Origin: Candidatus Kuenenia stuttgartensis
GTDB lineage: Bacteria; Planctomycetota; Brocadiia; Brocadiales; Brocadiaceae
Assembly: GCF_900232105.1 (NCBI RefSeq)
Contig: NZ_LT934425.1
Location: 690,001-722,000 of the forward strand
Reading direction: 5' to 3'
Length of the DNA stretch: 32,000 nucleotides
Positions within the stretch are counted from its first letter, which is position 1. Each line of letters begins with the position of its first letter. The position numbers and the translations under genes were made by a program. Shown here in pieces: positions 26,116 to 32,000 of this stretch. The notes beneath the pieces were generated by a model. It was not told the DNA's origin. It saw only the letters and a list, made by a program, of their open reading frames with translations, and made no database searches.

Positions 26116-26362
26116 CTTGGTTCAGGCTTTGCCAGTTTAGGATACTGAGAGGGTTAAACATTGTCAAGCCAATAACAGATATACTCAAAAGGTTTACAGT
26201 TTAATACAAAGCCATTTACTGGCCAAAAAACCCATTATCATTTTGCTATAATCGTTGACGGAATTTGTTAACTGTGCTAAAATTCCTTACAATGTATTCC
26301 TTTTCACATGAAGGGAGTATCGTCATATTATCACATAGCATCGTACAAATATCGTTATTTAA

Positions 26363-27982
26363 ATGAACAAAACTACGATAAATATACGCTTATTGACCGT
26401 CATCCTGGTACTTTTCCTTTCATTCCTCTTTCTCTTCAATACAGGAAAAAGGGATTTTTGGGCGCCGGATGAACCCCGTTACGCACAGGTCTCCAAAGAA
26501 ATGCGGGATAGCGGCAATTTTATACTTCCGCAGTTAAATAGCGAACCATATCCCCACAAACCCCCCCTTTTATTCTGGATGATTAATCTGTTTTCCGTCC
26601 CGTTCGGTAAAATAACGCACCTGTCCGCGCGTTTGCCTTCTGCCCTCGCAGGTGTGGGATGCTGCCTGATACTGTTTAATTTTGCCAGAAATGTTTTCCA
26701 TAACACCAGAATAGGCTTGCTTTCAGCCCTTATACTCGCCACCAGCATAAAATTCCTTTGGATGACGCACCGTGCTGCCTTTGACGTGCTGCTTACCTTT
26801 TTCGTTATGGCAGCCTTGTTCAGTTTCTATAAAGGCTATAAGGAAGCGGGAAATAAAGGCCGTTATTACACCCTCTTTTATATCTTCATGGCCCTTGGAA
26901 CGCTTACAAAAGGCCCTGTAGGATTTCTTCTTCCATTCCTCGTAGTCGTGGCATATCTTTCTCTGAAAAGAGATATAAAAGTTTTGAAAGAAACAAAACC
27001 CTGGATAGGGGGAGTTCTTTTTGCAATTTTGGTGTTCTCGTGGGTATATCTGGCAGGCATATACGGTGGTAAGGAATATACGCAACAAATATTATTCAAG
27101 CAAAATATCGGACGGTTCGCTGATTCCTTTGCCCATAAACGGCCTCTTTATTACTATTTTATCCATTTCCCCCTGAATTATTTTCCGTGGACAATCTTTA
27201 TCCCAGGCGTTGTCGTGTATCTGTTTTCACGAGAAGGGAGAAAGAGGTTTCAGGAAGTGGTATTCCCTGCGGTTTGGTTTGTCGTTATCTTCTTTTTCTT
27301 TTCTATCGTTTCGGGGAAAAGGGACATCTACGTTCTTCCACTCTATCCTGCCGCCTCTTTAATAATCGCATGGTTTCTGAATGAGTTTGTAGAACAATTC
27401 AGGGATATCCGTTTCAGGAAAACAGGCTATATCCCTTGTTATTTCATAAGCGGACTAACCATATTTCTAGGGTTTCTCTTACCGTTAGGTATATACAAAT
27501 TTCGGCCTGAACACATTCGTCTTACCATACCATTTGTATTGTTACTTTTTGCCGGCGGCATAATTATGCTGCGTTTCATAAAACACTCAAGAATATTGCC
27601 TTTCCTCTTTGTCCTCATCCTGCTTGTTTTCTCTCTATTTACCCTGAGTACACTGCAGGTAATCCCATTATTAAATCAGTACAAATCGGCAAAGGAAATT
27701 TGCGACAAGGCAAATGCTGCAATGAAACCCGGCGATCAACTGGCAATGTATAATTTTCTCAGAGACACATACCTGTTTTATACGAATAGAAATCACATGC
27801 CGGTAATAAATGATTCTGAGGATCTGAAGAAATACATGAATTCAAACGAACGGGTCTTTCTGTTTATCAGAGACAAGGATTTTAAAAAGGTGTCAGAGTC
27901 ACAGGATATACCCATCTTTGTAATTGCCAGGGATTCCGTAGGGCATCGGGAGATGCTTTTTGTGTCAAACAAGGATATTTGA
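26363..27982 (+). CDS. ArnT/PMT-like membrane glycosyltransferase (GT39/GT83-type)
   Basis: 539 aa, polytopic. The first periplasmic loop has the motif FWAPDEPRYAQVSKEM and HKPPLLFW, as in ArnT-like lipid/protein glycosyltransferases. Confidence 0.8.
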   Translation: MNKTTINIRLLTVILVLFLSFLFLFNTGKRDFWAPDEPRYAQVSKEMRDSGNFILPQLNSEPYPHKPPLLFWMINLFSVPFGKITHLSARLPSALAGVGCCLILFNFARNVFHNTRIGLLSALILATSIKFLWMTHRAAFDVLLTFFVMAALFSFYKGYKEAGNKGRYYTLFYIFMALGTLTKGPVGFLLPFLVVVAYLSLKRDIKVLKETKPWIGGVLFAILVFSWVYLAGIYGGKEYTQQILFKQNIGRFADSFAHKRPLYYYFIHFPLNYFPWTIFIPGVVVYLFSREGRKRFQEVVFPAVWFVVIFFFFSIVSGKRDIYVLPLYPAASLIIAWFLNEFVEQFRDIRFRKTGYIPCYFISGLTIFLGFLLPLGIYKFRPEHIRLTIPFVLLLFAGGIIMLRFIKHSRILPFLFVLILLVFSLFTLSTLQVIPLLNQYKSAKEICDKANAAMKPGDQLAMYNFLRDTYLFYTNRNHMPVINDSEDLKKYMNSNERVFLFIRDKDFKKVSESQDIPIFVIARDSVGHREMLFVSNKDI

Positions 27983-28129
27983 CAAGGACAATCGCATAAT
28001 ATCGCATGATAACGACAATACTTTCAGAACATTATACAGACATTCATTATCCCAACCGGCAATTAATCTCTTTTATGAATTTATTCGTTGGATAAAACGT
28101 TAAATCGGATTTTACAGGAGGCGTCAAAA

Positions 28130-28907
28130 ATGAAAAAAAAATCACCCGTAAAAAAATCATTGCCTTAATGGGTATCATTATAATTGCGATTGTTGTACTC
28201 AAATATCTGGACAGAGTAGAGCCGGTTCTTGAAATCGTTCCAATGGAATTAAATTTTGGCGATATTGAAACCAAAAAGTCATTTACCTTACTGAATAAAG
28301 GAAAAGAAAAGTGGAAAATTCTTTCTAATGTAAAGACACTTCAGTATGAAATTGATATCCCTAAAGACATCGAATGGATTTCGCTTCCGCTAAAATCCGG
28401 GATGTGCGAAAAACAAGAAGAAAAAAACGTCACTGTTGTTATTAACAGAGATAAACTTTCCGTAGGGAAGAACATGTGAACAATCGAAGCAAAATCGAAT
28501 GACAACAATAAAACTATTAATATTGTAGCGGAGAGGATAAAAGAAGAAAAATTCATAAAAATAATGCGTCCCCATGCAAGAACGTCATTGTTAATAGACA
28601 ATGAATTCACTATTCAGTGGATAGCAACCGCAAGCATAGGTAATTATGTGGATATTCTTCTTTTACTATACCGTAAGAGTTCGCAAATAGGGATTTCTAA
28701 AATTAGATTTAACTTTTGTTGAAATAAATAGTCATAGTATTTCTGGAATCACATTTTATGTACCCCTTGAGTATAACTGATCCCATAATAGAAACTATCG
28801 TAAAATCTTACAATTACAGAAAAGATGATACAAGCGATGGAAATTATAAATGGATGCCGAAAAGTCCGCTTCGTCCCGGAGAAGAGAAATATACTCAATC
28901 AGACTGA
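28130..28907 (+). pseudogene. Decayed (or slippage-dependent) gene for a membrane-anchored Ig-like-domain protein
   Basis: A strong SD, AGGAGG (28116-28121), precedes ATG28130. An A9 tract (28133-28141) puts the signal-anchor MKKK(ITRKKIIALMGIIIIAIVV) out of frame by one nt. An in-frame TGA at 28477-28479 falls inside a conserved-looking ..LSVGKNM*TIEAKSNDNNKTINIV beta-sandwich motif. A further frame change occurs before the ..DGNYKWMPKSPLRPGEEKY tail, which ends at 28907. Confidence 0.5.
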
Positions 28908-28937
28908 AACCACGGGTTTCAGTCTGATTGAGTATAT
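28889..28937. terminator. Bidirectional terminator hairpin (perfect 23-bp stem, 3-nt loop)
   Basis: ATATACTCAATCAGACTGAAACC-ACG-GGTTTCAGTCTGATTGAGTATAT, between the convergent 28130-28907 locus and murD. AT-rich flanks on both sides. Confidence 0.75.
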
Positions 28938-28943
28938 ATTTAG

Positions 28944-30323
28944 TCATAGTGACAACACCATATTTTTAAATTGTTTGCCGCGTTCTTCATAGTTATTAAA
29001 CATATCATAGCTAGCGCAGGCTGGTGAGAACAATAAAACGCCTCCCGGTGTTGTGAGGGTATTTGCTGTTTGAAAGGCGTCTTTTAAGGTATTTGCAACG
29101 CATACATGGGGGTATTCTTTTTCCCCCTTTTTTAGAGAAATAAGTTCCTCTATTTTGTTTGCAGTTTTTCCAATAAGAACAACAGCTTTACAGTAATTTG
29201 AACAAATTGCGGCAAATTCCTCAAAATCGCTTCCCTTATCGTATCCTCCAGCAATAAGCACAGAGTTCTTAAAACTCATAATTGCGGCAATTGCAGATTC
29301 GGGGGTGGTTGCTTTAGAATCATTATAATACCTGATGCCTTTTGCCTCTCTTACAAATTCCAAACGGTGTTCTAATCCACAAAAAGAAGTAACTGTTTTT
29401 TCAATGGTTTGTTTGTTTGCGCCGTGTAAATATGTTGCACACGATGCTGCAAGTACATTGTGGAGATTGTGGTCTCCAGGAAGTTTGATTTTTGAGACAC
29501 AGGGTATCGAAATGGTATTCCCATCTATGGAAATTACAATATGTTCGTTTTCACGAAATGCGCCATTTTCTACCGGTTGTTGTGTGCTGTACCACAAAAC
29601 ACGGCCATAACATTCTTTTCCCCATGTTCTCAGCTCCGTGTCATCGTAATTCAGAATGGCGGAATCACTCTGCTTCTGATGCAAGATAATATTCTTCTTT
29701 GCATGGATATAAGAATCAATGTCTTTATGCCTGTCCAGATGGTTGGGAGAAATATTTGTTACTATACTTATACAGGGACTCTTTTTAATTGAAGAGAGCG
29801 ATTCCAGTTGAAAACTGGATAGCTCCAGCACCACAATATCCGCCGGCTTCATTTCTTCGAGTTGCAGAAGCAGTGATTTACCGATGTTGCCTCCAACCCA
29901 TATTTTATTGGAGGTTTGTTGCAAAATGTCGCCAATCAGCGTGGTTGTGGTGGATTTCCCGTTGCTGCCGGTTACTCCAATGGTGAAAGCGGGACAAAGT
30001 TTAAAGAATATGTTCATTTCTGTGTCAATAGGAACACCGTTTTCCCTTGCAATTTGTATGAATTTTGAATCCCCGGGAACAGCAGGGCTGACGATGACCA
30101 TATCAGTATTGATAAAATCTACATCTCTGTGTTCGCCCAGCCGGTAAGTAATCTGCAGATTTTCAAGATGCCGCAGGGATTGTGAAAGATCTGTTTTACT
30201 CTTTATATCCGTTACCGTGACATGCGCCCCCTGCCTTGCAAGAAATTGTGTTATGCCAATGCCACCCCCAAATACACCGAGTCCCATAACGGTAACTCTT
30301 TTATTTTTAAATTCCATATACAT
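28944..30323 (-). CDS. murD: UDP-N-acetylmuramoyl-L-alanine--D-glutamate ligase
   Basis: KRVTVMGLGVFGG N-terminal Rossmann motif, P-loop GVTGSNGKSTT, Mur ligase central and C-terminal domains. The start is at ATG30323 or ATG30317. The longer tracked ORF runs into repeat copy C. Confidence 0.9.
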   Translation of the reverse strand: MYMEFKNKRVTVMGLGVFGGGIGITQFLARQGAHVTVTDIKSKTDLSQSLRHLENLQITYRLGEHRDVDFINTDMVIVSPAVPGDSKFIQIARENGVPIDTEMNIFFKLCPAFTIGVTGSNGKSTTTTLIGDILQQTSNKIWVGGNIGKSLLLQLEEMKPADIVVLELSSFQLESLSSIKKSPCISIVTNISPNHLDRHKDIDSYIHAKKNIILHQKQSDSAILNYDDTELRTWGKECYGRVLWYSTQQPVENGAFRENEHIVISIDGNTISIPCVSKIKLPGDHNLHNVLAASCATYLHGANKQTIEKTVTSFCGLEHRLEFVREAKGIRYYNDSKATTPESAIAAIMSFKNSVLIAGGYDKGSDFEEFAAICSNYCKAVVLIGKTANKIEELISLKKGEKEYPHVCVANTLKDAFQTANTLTTPGGVLLFSPACASYDMFNNYEERGKQFKNMVLSL

Positions 30324-30367
30324 TTCACTTGTTTTGTTTATTTCACTCAAAATTAAAAGGAGAAATC

Positions 30368-30432
30368 GTAACACTTTAGTTTTTTGAAAAATTCCAATAA
30401 TAGCGCTGTTTTCCGCACAATGTAGGGACGAT
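30368..30432 (+). repeat. Structured intergenic repeat, truncated copy C (5' module only)
   Basis: GTAACACTTTAGTTTTTTGAAAAATTCCAATAATAGCG is identical to copy B. Similarity fades at ..TGTAGGGACGA, and the hairpin arms and loop are absent. Confidence 0.7.
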
Positions 30433-30433
30433 G

Positions 30434-30457
30434 GATTATGGATTACGGACTACGGAC
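30434..30457 (+). repeat. Heptanucleotide tandem repeat (GATTATG GATTACG GACTACG GAC..)
   Basis: Three and a half 7-nt units immediately follow repeat copy C. Confidence 0.55.
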
Positions 30458-30578
30458 ATCCTTCGTCTTTCGTCTCTAGCTCTTACGTTTTTCAAAAGAC
30501 GCAATTTAAATGATTTTTTTGCGATGCTTTTAACACTCCAACAGGCAGCGTAATGTCTGAATATAACCATTCAATGAT

Positions 30579-31157
30579 TTATTTGCAATAGTGGTGAAGC
30601 CGAAAACAATTGAATGCCTCTATTCCAACTTCTTTTTTTAATCCCGCCAAAATATCTTTCAGGATATCAGGCCCTGATGCATTGCCCCAGAAAATCTTGC
30701 TCTGTTTGGGAAATCCCTCTTCATCAACGGTAAGGGATAGCGTAATTAACGGACAATCATTACGACTCTCTTTTGCTACCCTCAAAATAGGTATTTGTTA
30801 AATCATATAAAATCACCATCTCTTTGAGGGAAAAATATCTCTCGCGCCCGCTTTGATAACCCTTGCTCTATGGCAACATGATTCTCCCACAGCAAAACTG
30901 CCGCGCGATGCAGCGCTTTATCATACAGTTTAACCCCGGAGTCTAACAGCTCTACCACCCCCGCTTGTTTCAGAAAGCCATCGCACGGTATCACGCTCGC
31001 TGCCAGGATGAACCATTCTCCCCACAATGAGCGTCTTGGAACAGGCAATTAGATCCTCTGTAAAATCAAGCCCTTGTAATATTTTATCAAACCCGTATTC
31101 ATTCATTTGGCTTATAGCCATATGCTCGGAGAAGGTAAAGATGTCTCCAAAAAGCAA
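30579..31157 (-). pseudogene. IS1634-type (IS4 superfamily) transposase remnant, N-terminal third with several frame disruptions
   Basis: Three overlapping ORF pieces in different frames. They carry ..LIVGRMVHPGSERDTVRWLSETS.., ..LYDKALHRAAVLL.. and ILYDLTNTYFEGSKRES* (found in a third frame at about 30770-30820). The last piece carries ..RNDCPLITLSLTVDEEGFPKQSKIFWGNASGPDILKDIL... The C-terminal catalytic region is missing. Confidence 0.65.
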
Positions 31158-31228
31158 TCAATTCCCCGCTCAATTTAAGAAAAAAATCGCCGCTTAATTT
31201 TTAACAAAGTAATGTTTTAAAAAGAGAA

Positions 31229-31256
31229 TTGACAAAGTTACAGCAAAAAATATAAT
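31229..31256 (+). promoter_or_regulatory. Consensus sigma70 promoter of lexA
   Basis: TTGACA (31229-31234), a 16-nt spacer, then TATAAT (31251-31256). The ATG lies only 9 nt after the -10 box. Confidence 0.6.
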
Positions 31257-31265
31257 GGTAAACAT

Positions 31266-31916
31266 ATGTCCACCAATGAAGAAAAATTAACGGATACTAT
31301 TTTAACCAAAAAACAGGCGGATTTTCTAGCCTTTTTAAAAGCATCTCTTCAGGAAAAAGGGTATCCACCTACGGTACGCGAGATTATGCGCGGGATGGAT
31401 CTTTCCAGCACCAATATCGTCAAAAAGTATCTTGACATCCTTGCCCGTAAAGGACACATCAAAAAACAATACAACAGTCCCAGGGCTATTGAAATTATAG
31501 AAGCCCCGGCCGGACATGCAGAAACGAATCTCATCCCCATTGTTGGAAGTGTCAAAGCAGGCGCTCCTCATCCGGCAATAGAAGATATTATGGGATATCT
31601 TGCAGTAGATAAAACAATCTGCCGTACCGGAGACGCATTTTTTTTGCGGGTTGAGGGAGACAGCATGATTAATGCTCATATACAGGAAGGCGACCTCGTA
31701 CTGGTGAGGCCGCAACCGGTTGCCAATAACAGGGAAATTGTGGTTGCCCTCATAAATGGTGAGGCCACGGTCAAAAGATTCTACAAGAAGGGAAATACGC
31801 TGGAATTGCACCCGGAACACCCAATGATGAAACCCATTGTGCTCCAGGGAGAACAAGATGAGGTTCGCATCATTGGCAAGGTTACTGCGGTGGTGCGGTT
31901 GTTAGAGAAGTTATAA
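31266..31916 (+). CDS. lexA: LexA repressor
   Basis: 216 aa with a winged-helix N-terminus (GYPPTVREI), the cleavage site VKAG, and the Ser/Lys dyad contexts GDSM and VKRF. Confidence 0.9.
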   Translation: MSTNEEKLTDTILTKKQADFLAFLKASLQEKGYPPTVREIMRGMDLSSTNIVKKYLDILARKGHIKKQYNSPRAIEIIEAPAGHAETNLIPIVGSVKAGAPHPAIEDIMGYLAVDKTICRTGDAFFLRVEGDSMINAHIQEGDLVLVRPQPVANNREIVVALINGEATVKRFYKKGNTLELHPEHPMMKPIVLQGEQDEVRIIGKVTAVVRLLEKL

Positions 31917-31941
31917 CAGTGATTTCCGGGGGGATGACGGT

Positions 31942-32000
31942 ATGATTACTGAAGTTCATGAAGCGATCAAAGTAGGGGCGATTTTTGGTGATAACAAAAA
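31942..32000 (+). CDS. Start of an unidentified ORF downstream of lexA (partial)
   Basis: ATG31942 is preceded by GGGGGGA. Translation begins MITEVHEAIKVGAIFGDNK.. and runs off the window. Confidence 0.3.
   Translation, partial: MITEVHEAIKVGAIFGDNK

Noticed and set aside
30324-30374. GTG30374 start for murD (MLRFLLLILSEINKTSE.. extension)
   Set aside because: The extension is encoded by repeat copy C and its flank. MurD homologs begin close to the KRVTVMGLG Rossmann motif, so ATG30323 or ATG30317 is more likely.

Overview
This is a bacterial chromosomal window. Most of it is AT-rich housekeeping sequence (asd, gcvPA, carB, carA, ribBA, murD, lexA) separated by unusually long, repeat-laden intergenic regions. 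The left end (about 1-5.2 kb) is visibly more GC-rich and looks accessory. That left segment carries: the 3' end of an internally deleted group II intron (46-codon RT stub, canonical domains V and VI); directly downstream, a guanidine-II (mini-ykkC) riboswitch and its SMR guanidinium exporter (sugE/gdx); a ParE/RelE-type toxin-antitoxin pair whose toxin has an in-frame TGA; a GapN-like aldehyde dehydrogenase; an orphan HigA antitoxin; and a ~760-bp MITE-like element (25-bp perfect terminal inverted repeats, flanking AAGCCG direct repeat) that encloses a GIY-YIG nuclease remnant. The core contains: a c-di-GMP module (REC-PAS-GAF-PAS-GGDEF-EAL protein plus a PilZ protein); a divergent RNase HII-like protein; a homolog of the protein-only minimal RNase P (HARP, PIN_5 / 'RNA ligase partner' family) that overlaps a hexapeptide-repeat sugar nucleotidyltransferase gene; an ArnT-like glycosyltransferase; a decayed secreted-protein gene (A9-tract frameshift plus in-frame TGA); and an IS1634-type transposase remnant. 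I saw no CRISPR array, tRNA or rRNA. The most unusual non-genic signals are three. (i) A three-copy structured repeat whose 35-nt loop between 15-bp inverted arms is flipped between two copies. (ii) A CGAAAT/ATTTCG-rich palindromic repeat family at three loci, one of them inside the carA-carB spacer. (iii) Heptanucleotide tandem repeats at two loci. The repeat style and gene content remind me of anammox Planctomycetota, but that impression is unverified. I did not recognise a coherent multi-gene novel system; the items below are the best leads.
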